Positions 48,587 to 59,926 of a DNA stretch of 64,000 nucleotides are shown one piece after another. Below the pieces are notes generated by a model. It did not search any database. It was not told the DNA's origin and saw only the letters and a list, made by a program, of their open reading frames with translations. This DNA is from a bacterium. Its GTDB lineage: Bacteria > RBG-13-61-14 > DATKZS01. The DNA lies in the NCBI GenBank assembly GCA_963674965.2, contig CAXXFL010000006.1, positions 288,001 through 352,000 on the forward strand, given 5' to 3'. Position numbers and translations under genes: made by a program. The number at the start of each line of letters is the position of its first letter. Position 1 is the stretch's first letter.

Positions 48587-50038
48587 TCATGTTTTAATGG
48601 GAAGGGGAAGGCTCTTGAGCGTCATTGTTATCTCGTCCTCGCCTATGGTGATTCTTTCGATGATTGTCTCGATGATTTTTCGCTTCTCATCATCTGATAG
48701 GTTCGACCACCTTGATTGGAGTTCTTTTGATTCGCTTAGTATCTGCTTCTTGGTGAGCTGGCTGATTCTCAGGTAATCGAGTTCACCCTGTAGCTCTGGC
48801 AATTGCTTCTCGATGTTCTGAAACCTCTCCTCAAGCGGGTTGTAACGGCGTCCAAAACCTTTTCTTGGGATTTCTCCTTCATCGAGCAGCTTGAACAGCT
48901 TGCCCATTTCTCGCCAAGTTTTCTTCTGTTCTTCATGAAGCGTTTTTAGCAATGCTTCCTTGTCTTTCATCTGTTGTTCTGCTTCGCTCATCAATTGTGA
49001 TACCGGATTAGATGATTTCACGATTCCCTTTAGTTGGGTTCGGAATATCTCCTCTAGGTCTCCTTTCGGAATTTTTCTTCGACATTTTTGACAAATGTAT
49101 TTCGGTGAGTTTGATGGCATGTACATCTTGCCCCCGCATTGGCAGTAAACAATGCCCGTGAACAGCTTGACCTCCTTGCGAGTGGGCTTCTTTGTCCTTT
49201 TCTCGATTTCATCGAGAATCTGGTTGCACCTTCCCCAAAGCTCTTCGGAGACGACCGGTTCCACCTCGCTGAAGACCCACTCATCTTGGGACTTCAACTC
49301 CCATTGGTTTTCGTTCTTGAGGCTTCTCGTGTAATTCGCTCTCCGTACTCCTTTGGCGGTTGGGTCTCGGAGCAGCCTGGTGACTGTCGTATCGCTGAAC
49401 TTCGCTCCCTTCCTCGTGCGGTACCCTTGTTCGTTCAGGATGCGGGCAACGGTCTTCTTTCTTCTGTGTTCGAGGAACAGTTCATAGATGAGCTTTCTGA
49501 CCGGAGCCTCCTTATGATTCGGCGCCAGCTTGCCGTCCTTCCACTGATACCCGAAGCTGGCCTGGCCTCCTGTTGACTTGCCAAGTTTGGCGCGTTCAGG
49601 CACCGAAGCCTTCACCCGTTTGGAGGCCTCCTCTCGCTCCCACTGAGCCATGACCGGCACCAGGGTATGAAAGAGCTTCCCGGCGGGGGTTGAAGTGTCT
49701 ATGGACTCATCCAGGACTACCAGGTCGGCATCGTGGCTGGTAAAGTAATCCGAGAGATCCATCAGTTCCTTGGTGTTTCGGGCGAGACTGGCGAGACGAG
49801 TTGCGATGAGGCCGGTGATTCGGCCAGTCTTGATGTCCTTGAGCATTCGCTTGGCCTCTGGGTTATCCAGCACGCGCTCGCTTTCCATCGCCTCGAAGTG
49901 ATAGACCTCCCTGACGGTCCAGTCCTTGCCATTCGCATACTTACGAGCACGCGCCACCTGAGCCTCTGGGACGCCATCTTGGGCCTGGCCTCCAGAAGGT
50001 CCTTCAATCCAGATGCCGATATTTTTTACTCCCCCCAT
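48587..50038 (-). CDS. Large serine recombinase family protein with degenerate catalytic motif
   Basis: IDTSTPAGKL, AQWERE, FGY, recombinase domain, CQCG...CQKC Zn ribbon, coiled coil; N-terminus reads WIEGPSGGQ instead of xRVSTxxQ. Confidence 0.88.
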   Translation of the reverse strand: MGGVKNIGIWIEGPSGGQAQDGVPEAQVARARKYANGKDWTVREVYHFEAMESERVLDNPEAKRMLKDIKTGRITGLIATRLASLARNTKELMDLSDYFTSHDADLVVLDESIDTSTPAGKLFHTLVPVMAQWEREEASKRVKASVPERAKLGKSTGGQASFGYQWKDGKLAPNHKEAPVRKLIYELFLEHRRKKTVARILNEQGYRTRKGAKFSDTTVTRLLRDPTAKGVRRANYTRSLKNENQWELKSQDEWVFSEVEPVVSEELWGRCNQILDEIEKRTKKPTRKEVKLFTGIVYCQCGGKMYMPSNSPKYICQKCRRKIPKGDLEEIFRTQLKGIVKSSNPVSQLMSEAEQQMKDKEALLKTLHEEQKKTWREMGKLFKLLDEGEIPRKGFGRRYNPLEERFQNIEKQLPELQGELDYLRISQLTKKQILSESKELQSRWSNLSDDEKRKIIETIIERITIGEDEITMTLKSLPLPIKT

Positions 50039-50170
50039 GGTCAATCCTTTTGAATCGTATGAATGATATGGTAGAGGGCCACATAACCTAAGGTACAAGG
50101 TTGTGTTGCCTTGTCAACCTCTTCCCGAATCAGCCATAATTATTAAAGCTAGCCAAACTTAATAATCAAC

Positions 50171-50209
50171 TTGACTTGATGCACGCACTTTTATAGCATG
50201 ATATATCAT
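50171..50209 (+). promoter_or_regulatory. Sigma70-type promoter with overlapping palindrome upstream of the HTH gene
   Basis: TTGACT-17bp-TAGCAT (50171-50199); palindrome ATGATATATCAT at 50198-50209. Confidence 0.5.
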
Positions 50210-50274
50210 CTGACACATCGAGAATTAAATCTATTGAATCGTTCAGGTACTGCCTGAGCTTAAAGGAGTCGGAC

Positions 50275-50508
50275 TTGAGCAGCAATGTTGACATCCCGAG
50301 ACTAATCCGTGAGCTCCGGGAAATGACGGGACTCACCCAGGAAAAATTCGCCGCTAGGCTTGGCGTGACCTACCCGACCATCAACAGGTGGGAGAACGGT
50401 CGAGCCAAGCCGTCGCCCCTGGCCATGAAGCGGATCGAGGACCTGCTCCAGGATCTGGGAGCACAGGGTAGAGACCTGTATAAGGAGTACTTCGGAGAGG
50501 AGAGTTAA
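50275..50508 (+). CDS. XRE/Cro-C1 family HTH regulator
   Basis: LTQEKFAARLGVTYPTINRWENGRAKPS; RBS AAGGAG with TTG start. Confidence 0.88.
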   Translation: MSSNVDIPRLIRELREMTGLTQEKFAARLGVTYPTINRWENGRAKPSPLAMKRIEDLLQDLGAQGRDLYKEYFGEES

Positions 50509-50510
50509 GC

Positions 50511-50771
50511 ATGGTCCAATCTCAAAACCCTATGTATAGGGCCAGAGAAATCAGGGCCAACGTAAAAGGGACGACTTATCCAGAAATCAGCAAAGGACGT
50601 TTCCGCGAGATGTTAGACATCATGCCTTCATCAACAGTGATGAGGGAGTTTTCAAATCTTGTAATTGATATAATTACCCACGTAAGGCTTTTTAAAAATC
50701 AAATCGTCAAACTTCAACAGGCACGGGATATCCTTCTTCTACGTCTGATGTCAGGAGAAATCACATTATGA
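50511..50771 (+). pseudogene. hsdS: C-terminal fragment of a type I R-M specificity subunit (HsdS)
   Basis: GTTYPEISK...KLQQARDILLLRLMSGEI is the conserved HsdS C-terminal helix; only 86 aa. Confidence 0.7.
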
Positions 50772-52108
50772 AAAGGACAAGACCCCCAATGGTATCTGAA
50801 AGTGACGACTTAGGTGGAAGTGGTGGCATAAAGGGAGATACTAAGACCACCAGATCAACGGCTGGCACATTAAAGTTTCTCGCGCCAGGGAAAACAGATT
50901 GGCTTGAACTAGATCCAGATATTAAAGAAGACGACGAGAACGTGCAAGCGATAAAAGACCAAGCGAGCGAAGCTGCAAACACCATAAAGGAGGTCCTTTT
51001 AACATCCCTTCAGATGCCTAATATTATCGTCTTGTCCGGAAGCGGCACATCAATAGGCAATGGAATCGGGGGACCATCAATGGAGGACCTATGGGATGTT
51101 GCCATGAGCGATCATTCTTCTGAAACAGAAGAAGGTCGACAGTTACGAGAATTAGCCCAAAGAGTCATTAAAAAGGTGGGTTACTCTATAGAAGAACATG
51201 GGGAAAATATAGAGGCCTTTCTTTCGCGCTGTGAAGCTTACCTTGAAATAAGGCATCAAAAATATGTAGCCGATTTTGTAATAGAGTGTAAAAAAGCGAT
51301 TTTGGGACGATGCTCAAACTTTCTTTACAAACAAGCCACTGATGAATGGGATGACGATAAGCTTGATGGGCACAAAACTTTTCTTCACCGCCTTTCCCGA
51401 AGGCGAGTCCGAGATCCAAGATTAAAGGTATTCACTACGAACTATGATCTTTGCTTCGAAAGAGCAGCCGCTCTACTCGGTCTGGTTGTAATTGATGGCT
51501 TTTCTATCGGTCAGCCCCGCCGTTTTCGTCCGGACTATTTTGAATATGATATTGTTCGTCGATCATCTCAAGGAGCAGAGATTGGCGATCCGCTTGAAGG
51601 AGTTTTTCATCTTCTCAAGCTTCATGGTTCTGTAAATTGGGAACTCCAGGATGATGGTAACATTCTTGAAAAGCTGCCTCCCGAGCCGGAAAAGGCATGT
51701 ATGATTTACCCCGTAAGCGGTAAATACCAACAGTCTTACATTCAACCCCACTTGGAATTGATGGCTCAATTCTTAGCCTCGCTTCGAAAACCAAATACTT
51801 GCTTAATTGTAGCTGGCTTTGGATTTAACGATGATCATCTTTCAGAGCCAATTATATCGGCTATTAAATCGAATTCTCAACTGAGGGTCATAGTTGCGGA
51901 TTATAAAGCCGAGGACCAAATTGAGGGAGGAATGGAGAAAGTAAGCAAATATTGGAGACTGCTCTCCGATTTAGCAAAAACTGGAGAAAGCATTTGGTTC
52001 TTCAATGTATCCTTTGGGGATTTTGCATACCTTTTGCCAAACCTAAAAGCATTAACACCAGCACAGCAACTAGAGAAGGCGGTAAAGGGTTTGAATACAC
52101 CAAGCTGA
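50768..52108 (+). CDS. SIR2-family NADase of a Sir2-HerA defence system
   Basis: SGSGTS, FTTNYD, DGF, LKLHGSVNW, GFGFNDDH. Confidence 0.9.
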   Translation: MKRTRPPMVSESDDLGGSGGIKGDTKTTRSTAGTLKFLAPGKTDWLELDPDIKEDDENVQAIKDQASEAANTIKEVLLTSLQMPNIIVLSGSGTSIGNGIGGPSMEDLWDVAMSDHSSETEEGRQLRELAQRVIKKVGYSIEEHGENIEAFLSRCEAYLEIRHQKYVADFVIECKKAILGRCSNFLYKQATDEWDDDKLDGHKTFLHRLSRRRVRDPRLKVFTTNYDLCFERAAALLGLVVIDGFSIGQPRRFRPDYFEYDIVRRSSQGAEIGDPLEGVFHLLKLHGSVNWELQDDGNILEKLPPEPEKACMIYPVSGKYQQSYIQPHLELMAQFLASLRKPNTCLIVAGFGFNDDHLSEPIISAIKSNSQLRVIVADYKAEDQIEGGMEKVSKYWRLLSDLAKTGESIWFFNVSFGDFAYLLPNLKALTPAQQLEKAVKGLNTPS

Positions 52109-52120
52109 GGACTTAACACT

Positions 52121-53851
52121 ATGAGTGCAAATGATTCAGACAAAGGCCTTCTTCTTCCAAAGCTGCGGATGGGAGTGGTGTCTTCTGTGAATGCAAATAT
52201 TGCTCGCATTAATCTTAGGGACGCCGGATTCCCCAGTGGTACTTATTATGAGGCTAGCCGTTACGGTCTCGGTGAGGTCGGAGAGTTTGTTCTCATTGAA
52301 GGGCAACAATTCTTAATTTTGGGCCGAGTTATTGAAATACGACTACCAGAGGGCGACCGGAGGTCCATTACACAGGATTTCCCGGGGTCTTCTGGACTTG
52401 ACGCTATCGGAAGTATTCAACTTCTTGGTACCGTATCAATGACAGATGAATTGTCGGTTACCGCAGGTGTCGTAGCATATCCAAGACTCGGAGACCGAGT
52501 GTATGCAGCACCTCACCAATTTGTTGCCCTGATCCCGATATTGATCAAACAGTCACCGGATAAAAAGGATCCAGACAAAATTCAGTTAGATTTGGGGGCT
52601 GTTGGACCTGCAAAAGAAAGCAGTGTTTTTATACCTCCTGAAAAGCTCTTTGGCCGCCACTGCGCGATACTTGGAGCAACCGGCGGTGGTAAAAGTTGGA
52701 CAGCGGCAAGAATTATAGAAGAGTGCCTGAGGTATAAGGCCAAGATTATTCTCATTGACCCTTCTGGTGAATATCGTGGAATGAAGGGGGAAAAAATACG
52801 GCATTGCCACCTTGGGAATCCTATTGAGAAAGCGGCTAAATCGGTATCTTGCTCTTTACCATCAACCTGTTTTCAAGAATCAGATTTTATTGCCTTGTTT
52901 GAGCCTGCTGGAAAGGTGCAAGGTCCAAAACTTCGAGCTGCAATTAGAAGTTTACGTCTCGCCAAATTAAAGCCAGAAATAGCCCCAAATGGATTTATCG
53001 AAAAGATAAATAAAACCAAAGCCCCAATCACTAGCGCAGAAAATGAGTCTGGCATTTCAGAAAAACTTGATGATCCTACCCAAGAATTTGAGGTTGGTAA
53101 TCTTGTGAAGCAGATAGAACAAGAGTGTGTCTGGCCTGACGCTTACGGAGGTGATGGAAGTAAATGGGGCAAAGAAGACGGAAATTTTTCACACTGTCTT
53201 TCATTGGTCACTAGAATCAATGGTGTTTTAACTTCTACTGCGTTTGCTTGTGTATTTAGTTGTAGTGATGATCCTATCCTAATCGACCAAGTCCAAGAGT
53301 TCCTTGAAGGTGATCAACGGTTATTGCGAATATGTCTCAGTGGGATTGCCTATGAATTCAAAGCACGTGAAGTCATTGCCAATGCTATAGGGAGACACTT
53401 GTTAAACGAGGCACGATCAGGAGCGTTTAGAAATCAGCCCGTAGTCGTTTTTGTTGATGAAGCACACAATTTTCTTGGCAGGTCAATTGGTGGAGAAGAC
53501 ACTATCGCTCGCTTAGATGCCTTTGAACTCTTGGCAAAAGAAGGACGTAAGTATGGCGTGAATATATGTGTTGCTACCCAGAGACCTAGAGATATAACGG
53601 AAGGCGTACTTAGCCAGTTGGGGACTCTCATCGTGCATAGGTTGACAAACGACCGTGACAGAGAGGTTGTTGAAAGGGCCTGTGGAGAAATAGACCGCAC
53701 TGCCTCAGCATTTCTTCCTAACCTTAAAGCCGGGGAAGCTGCGATTATCGGTGTTGACTTCCCAATACCGCTGACAATTCAGATGAAAAAACCGACTCAT
53801 CGGCCTCAATCTGAAGGTCCTAACTTTCAAAAAAATTGGGATGTGGAGTGA
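52121..53851 (+). CDS. herA: HerA/DUF87 ATPase of a Sir2-HerA defence system
   Basis: N-terminal HAS-barrel-like region, RHCAILGATGGGKS, DEAH, KEGRKYG, ATQRP. Confidence 0.9.
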   Translation: MSANDSDKGLLLPKLRMGVVSSVNANIARINLRDAGFPSGTYYEASRYGLGEVGEFVLIEGQQFLILGRVIEIRLPEGDRRSITQDFPGSSGLDAIGSIQLLGTVSMTDELSVTAGVVAYPRLGDRVYAAPHQFVALIPILIKQSPDKKDPDKIQLDLGAVGPAKESSVFIPPEKLFGRHCAILGATGGGKSWTAARIIEECLRYKAKIILIDPSGEYRGMKGEKIRHCHLGNPIEKAAKSVSCSLPSTCFQESDFIALFEPAGKVQGPKLRAAIRSLRLAKLKPEIAPNGFIEKINKTKAPITSAENESGISEKLDDPTQEFEVGNLVKQIEQECVWPDAYGGDGSKWGKEDGNFSHCLSLVTRINGVLTSTAFACVFSCSDDPILIDQVQEFLEGDQRLLRICLSGIAYEFKAREVIANAIGRHLLNEARSGAFRNQPVVVFVDEAHNFLGRSIGGEDTIARLDAFELLAKEGRKYGVNICVATQRPRDITEGVLSQLGTLIVHRLTNDRDREVVERACGEIDRTASAFLPNLKAGEAAIIGVDFPIPLTIQMKKPTHRPQSEGPNFQKNWDVE

Positions 53852-53924
53852 GAAGTAGGCGGAAATGGTTTTTACTGGAGATACATTAGTACTGCAGACC
53901 ACGGTCGAGTACCTTGAGAAGAAC

Positions 53925-55586
53925 CCCTCTGTGCCAACGTAGATGAGACACTTCCCCTATGTTAAATTACTGTAGGGCGGGGGAGGTATTAGGATGTATA
54001 GAGAGATGGATGAAGACAGGAAGAAGGCAGGGATTGTTGGGGAGACGGAGGGAGCCCGTAGGGCGACCGGAGTCTCCCCAACCGGGACGGCCGAGCCGGA
54101 GGACACTCCTGCCAAGCGGCCCGAGCGGGTGGGGGCGCCGATCATTCTTCCCGAGCCGGAGGTCCCGGAAAAGCCCGCCCGGCGGCGCTTCACCGCGGCT
54201 TACAAGCTCGCAATCCTCGGGAAGGCCGACGCCTGCTCGGGGCATGGCGAGGTCGGCGCCCTGCTGCGCCGGGAGGGCCTTTATTCGTCGCACCTGACGG
54301 CCTGGCGCAAGCAGCGGGACGAGGGGGCCTTGAAAGCGCTTTCGCCCGTAAAGCGGGGCCGCAAGCCCAAGGCCAAAAACCCGCTGGCCGATGAAGTGGC
54401 CCGCCTCGAGCGCGAGAACGGGAAGCTCCAAAAGCGGCTCGAACAGGCCGAGATGATAATCGACTTCCAAAAAAAAGTTGCCGATCTGCTGGGGATACCC
54501 CTGGCCAAGCCGCCCGGCGAAGAGAGCGAATGATGGAATCGGCAAGCACGGCCGCTCCCCGGGTCGGCGCCAAGGCCGCCTGCGAGGCCCTGGGCCTGTC
54601 GCGAGCAACGTTTAATCGTCGCGCTAAAATTCCCTTCGGGCCTCCGCCGCCGAGGCGCGCGGCCAAGCCGGCAAGGTCGTTGAGCGAGGACGAGCGGCGC
54701 CGGGTGCTGGACGAACTCCACTCCGAGCGCTTTGCCGACAAGGCCCCCCGCGAGGTCTGGGCAACGCTCCTGGACGAGGGGACATGGCTGTGCTCGGTCC
54801 GCACCATGTACCGCGTCCTCGACTCGGAAAAGGAAGTCCGGGAGCGGCGCAACCAACTCCGGCGTCCCCGATACAAAAAACCCGAGTTGCTGGCCGAGGC
54901 CCCCAACCAGGTCTGGTCCTGGGACGTCACCAAACTCAAGGGACCGGCCAAATGGACCTGCTACCAACTCTACGTGATCATGGACATCTTCAGCCGCTGC
55001 GTGGTGGGATGGATGATCGCCGGACGCGAAAGCGCGGAGCTGGCCCGCCGCCTGATCGGGGACAGCATCCGAAAACAGGGGATCGAGCCGGGACAACTCA
55101 CCATCCACGCCGACCGGGGGAGTTCGATGAAATCAAAGCCGGTGGCCTTCTTGATGGCCGACCTGGGCGTGACCAAGAGCCACTCGCGGCCCCACGTGTC
55201 CGACGACAACCCCTACTCGGAAAGCCAGTTCAAGACCATGAAGTACCGGCCCGAGTTCCCGAGCCGGTTCGGCTCCATCGAGGACGCCAGGGCCTTTTGC
55301 GTGAAGTTTTTCGATTGGTACAACCGCGAGCATCGGCACACCGGGATCGGCCTGATGACGCCCGAGATGGTCCATTACGGAATGGCGAGCGAGATCGTGG
55401 CCGCCAGGCAAAAAACGCTCGACCACGCCTATGAAAAAAAACCGGAGCGCTTCGTGAAAAGACCGCCGACGGCGCCGGAGTTGCCCGGCAAAGCGTGGAT
55501 CAACCCACCGGCGAAACCGGAGGAAATAAACAGTTTGCCACACTAAATTCAGGAAAGGCGTGTCTCATTTTGCTTGACACATTCCG
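53925..55586 (+). mobile_element. IS3-family element, copy 2 (1662 bp), intergenic
   Basis: Same ends as copy 1; DR AAC; orfA 53994-54533, orfB 54530-55546. Confidence 0.95.
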
Positions 55587-55633
55587 AACCTGGGTTTTGT
55601 CGAAAACAATGCCTCCAACATGGAGAATGGATT

Positions 55634-58600
55634 ATGAGTGAAACAGTATTTACAAAAGTCGACTACGATCTAGGCACGCTAGTCAAATACATTGCTCTCG
55701 GAGAAATCGGCTTACCTGATATTCAGCGACCTTTCATCTGGAAGAACGTCAAAGTACGCGATCTCTTCGACTCCATGTATAAAGGTTACCCGGTCGGATA
55801 TCTATTGTTCTGGCAGAACGGCCTTGCGGCCGACTCACGAACAATCGGCGCTGAATCAAAGCAGAAAGCACCCCGCCTCGTTATCGTAGACGGCCAGCAA
55901 CGCTTAACTTCACTCTATGCCGTTGTCAAGGGCATTCCTGTTGTGCGCGAAAATTACGAGAGTGAAAAGATCCAGATCGCCTTCAATCCCCTTGAAGGAA
56001 AATTTCAGGTTGCGGACGCCGCAATCAAACGAGATAAAACCTACATCCCTGACATATCAACTCTGTGGCACAGCGATAGCAAGATCACTAAGATTATCAG
56101 GGAATATATTGAGAACCTTAAGGCCGCAAGAGATATTTCTGAAAACGAAGAATCAATAATTGAGGATGCGATTTTAAAGTTACAGAGTCTTCTAAGTTTT
56201 CCATTCACTGCCCTTGAACTCACGCCGAACATCTCCGAAGAAAACGTAGGTGATGTATTTGTCCGCATAAACAGCAAAGGTACTCCGTTAAATCAGGCGG
56301 ATTTTATTTTGACCCTGATGTCCGTTTTCTGGGATGAGGGACGGACCGAACTTGAGAGATTTTGTAGAGAATCGCGTAAACCAGTTAAAGCCGGCACTTC
56401 TCCGTTCAACTATTTTATAGAGCCCAGTCCTTCCCAGCTTTTGCGCGCAAATGTAGGCGTCGGCTTCAAGCGTGCGCCCCTCTGTGCCAACGTAGATGAG
56501 ACACTTCCCCTATGTTAAATTACTGTAGGGCGGGGGAGGTATTAGGATGTATAGAGAGATGGATGAAGACAGGAAGAAGGCAGGGATTGTTGGGGAGACG
56601 GAGGGAGCCCGTAGGGCGACCGGAGTCTCCCCAACCGGGACGGCCGAGCCGGAGGACACTCCTGCCAAGCGGCCCGAGCGGGTGGGGGCGCCGATCATTC
56701 TTCCCGAGCCGGAGGTCCCGGAAAAGCCCGCCCGGCGGCGCTTCACCGCGGCTTACAAGCTCGCAATCCTCGGGAAGGCCGACGCCTGCTCGGGGCATGG
56801 CGAGGTCGGCGCCCTGCTGCGCCGGGAGGGCCTTTATTCGTCGCACCTGACGGCCTGGCGCAAGCAGCGGGACGAGGGGGCCTTGAAAGCGCTTTCGCCC
56901 GTAAAGCGGGGCCGCAAGCCCAAGGCCAAAAACCCGCTGGCCGATGAAGTGGCCCGCCTCGAGCGCGAGAACCGGAAGCTCCAAAAGCGGCTCGAACAGG
57001 CCGAGATGATAATCGACTTCCAAAAAAAAGTTGCCGATCTGCTGGGGATACCCCTGGCCAAGCCGCCCGGCGAAGAGAGCGAATGATGGAATCGGCAAGC
57101 ACGGCCGCTCCCCGGGTCGGCGCCAAGGCCGCCTGCGAGGCCCTGGGCCTGTCGCGAGCAACGTTTAATCGTCGCGCTAAAATTCCCTTCGGGCCTCCGC
57201 CGCCGAGGCGCGCGGCCAAGCCGGCAAGGTCGTTGAGCGAGGACGAGCGGCGCCGGGTGCTGGACGAACTCCACTCCGAGCGCTTTGCCGACAAGGCCCC
57301 CCGCGAGGTCTGGGCAACGCTCCTGGACGAGGGGACATGGCTGTGCTCGGTCCGCACCATGTACCGCGTCCTCGACTCGGAAAAGGAAGTCCGGGAGCGG
57401 CGCAACCAACTCCGGCGTCCCCGATACAAAAAACCCGAGTTGCTGGCCGAGGCCCCCAACCAGGTCTGGTCCTGGGACGTCACCAAACTCAAGGGACCGG
57501 CCAAATGGACCTGCTACCAACTCTACGTGATCATGGACATCTTCAGCCGCTGCGTGGTGGGATGGATGATCGCCGGACGCGAAAGCGCGGAGCTGGCCCG
57601 CCGCCTGATCGGGGACAGCATCCGAAAACAGGGGATCGAGCCGGGACAACTCACCATCCACGCCGACCGGGGGAGTTCGATGAAATCAAAGCCGGTGGCC
57701 TTCTTGATGGCCGACCTGGGCGTGACCAAGAGCCACTCGCGGCCCCACGTGTCCGACGACAACCCCTACTCGGAAAGCCAGTTCAAGACCATGAAGTACC
57801 GGCCCGAGTTCCCGAGCCGGTTCGGCTCCATCGAGGACGCCAGGGCCTTTTGCGTGAAGTTTTTCGATTGGTACAACCGCGAGCATCGGCACACCGGGAT
57901 CGGCCTGATGACGCCCGAGATGGTCCATTACGGAATGGCGAGCGAGATCGTGGCCGCCAGGCAAAAAACGCTCGACCACGCCTATGAAAAAAAACCGGAG
58001 CGCTTCGTGAAAAGACCGCCGACGGCGCCGGAGTTGCCCGGCAAAGCGTGGATCAACCCACCGGAGAAACCGGAGGAAACAAACAGTTTGCCACACTAAA
58101 TTCAGGAAAGGCGTGTCTCATTTTGCTTGACACATTCCGCGCGTCTAAAATATGTCTACTCTATTTTGCGGGGTAAAGACCTTGAGACAGAACAGTTCAG
58201 TGATGAACGACGGGTTAAACAATTTGAACTGCTTAAAAATGCCCAGGAAAGGACTTTGAACCTGCAATACTGGCATGATTTCATGCACTGTATTCGACAA
58301 GCTGGTTTTAGAAGCAGCAAGATGATCAGTTCAGAAACGAACTTAATGTTCTCCTACACGCTCTATTTAATAGGACGCACTGAATACAAGGTGGATGAAT
58401 TCGTACTACGAAGAGTGATCGCGCGATGGTTCTTTATGTCCGCTGTAACAGGCCGGTTTACCGGGTCGCCGGAATCTGCAATGGAATTTGACCTGGCTCG
58501 CTTTCGCGAAGTTGATAAGGCCGAGGATTTTGTGGCTATTTTGAATCAAGTTTGTGAAATAACTCTTACCAACGACTTTTGGAACGTCACCTTACCCAAC

Positions 58601-59554
58601 GATCTCGCTACATCATCGCCTTCAAGTCCTTCGCTTTTTGCTTACCATGCGGCTCTTGTATTACTTGATGCAAAGGCGCTTTTTTCAAAAAACCGGGTTT
58701 CGGAGATGCTCGATCCAGCAATAAAAGCCAACCGGTCAGCCGTGGAACGTCATCATCTATTTCCCAAGGGGCACCTAAAGAAGAAAGGTATAACAAGCAC
58801 AAGGGATATTAACCAAATTGCCAATTACGCCTTCGTGGAATGGGGCGACAACACCAAAATATCAGACCAGGCTCCCGCTGAATATTTTCCTGAACTCAAA
58901 GCACGTTTTTCATCAGATGAGTTGTCGAAGATGTACAGATGGCATGCACTACCAGAAAACTGGGAACACCTTGAGTATAAGGAGTTTTTAGAGAAACGGC
59001 GTGAACTGATGGCCCAGGTGATAGCGGATGGCTACAGGACGCTTGTCACCAAGGAGGAAGAAGAATCGAAAATTGAGAAGTTTGATTTGAGCAAGGTCGT
59101 TCTCGATGGTGAATCAGAAAGCATTGAGTTCAAATCAACGTTGCGGACTAATTTGCATACCATGAATCAAGACCAACGAATTGAGCTTTCTGTTCTTAAA
59201 ACACTAGCTGGCTTTCTAAACACGAACGGCGGGACATTGGTTATTGGTGTATCTGATGAGGGTAATCCCGTGGGAATTGAAGTGGATGGATTTAAAAATG
59301 AGGACAAAATGAGCCTGCACCTTGTGAATATCGTTAAGAACAGAATGGGTTTACAGGCCATGACCAATATTCATTTCCACTTCGAAGATTATGAGGATAG
59401 CCGCGTTATGGTTGTCGGATGTAAGATGTCTCCCACACCAATTTTCACTAAGGATGGAGATGTCGAGCGCTTCTACATTAGGACGGGTCCGTCCACCACT
59501 GAGCTAAGCGCAAGTCAAACTCAAGAGTACATTAAGTATAGGTTCAAAAAATGA
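55634..59554 (+). pseudogene. DUF262 (GmrS-like) - HNH-like (DUF1524-like) - Schlafen AlbA_2 fusion, interrupted by IS3 copy 3
   Basis: LPDIQRPFIW, DGQQRLT, FVRINSKG; ERHHLFP..NQIANY; GESESIEFKS..AGFLNTNGGTLVIGV; removing the IS and one DR restores ...FKRARLKY... (751 aa). Confidence 0.88.
56478..58139 (+). mobile_element. IS3-family element, copy 3 (1662 bp)
   Basis: Same ends as copy 1; DR CGC; orfA 56547-57086, orfB 57083-58099. Confidence 0.95.
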
Positions 59555-59926
59555 CGGATTATACCGAGGGCCAACTTGTATAACAGACCACCGCAGAATA
59601 CCTGGAAAAGGTACTTGGTTTGGAACTCGTTCTATAACTACAACAACGAGGTTTTCAGTCAGACAGTGAGTCTTAGTCGGGCATCGAATCAAAAAGCTAT
59701 CATTAGCTGTTAGAAATCGGAGATATATTTTCAATGACTAAAGAAAGACAACATCTTGATAAAAAGTCCTTTCTGAGTCTTACGGGGAGTCGTCCGGACT
59801 GGAGTGAACTTGCGAAGGACTGCGTGTGGTTTTCTAATGCGCAGGATGGAAAAATACAGATTGGGAAAGGGAATGGAGAAACCGAGCCACCGAAGGGCCG
59901 GTGATTTCTCCAGATCTAATGGAGCT

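Noticed and set aside
55574-55633. ORF-track starts 'MTHS' at 55574, 58127 and 44437
   Set aside because: The TTG lies in the IS right end without a well-spaced RBS; the TTGACA there has no good -10 at 17 bp in any copy.
59555-59926. Long intergenic region before drmD as a possible ncRNA
   Set aside because: No convincing stems or repeats seen by eye; needs covariance-model or transcript data.
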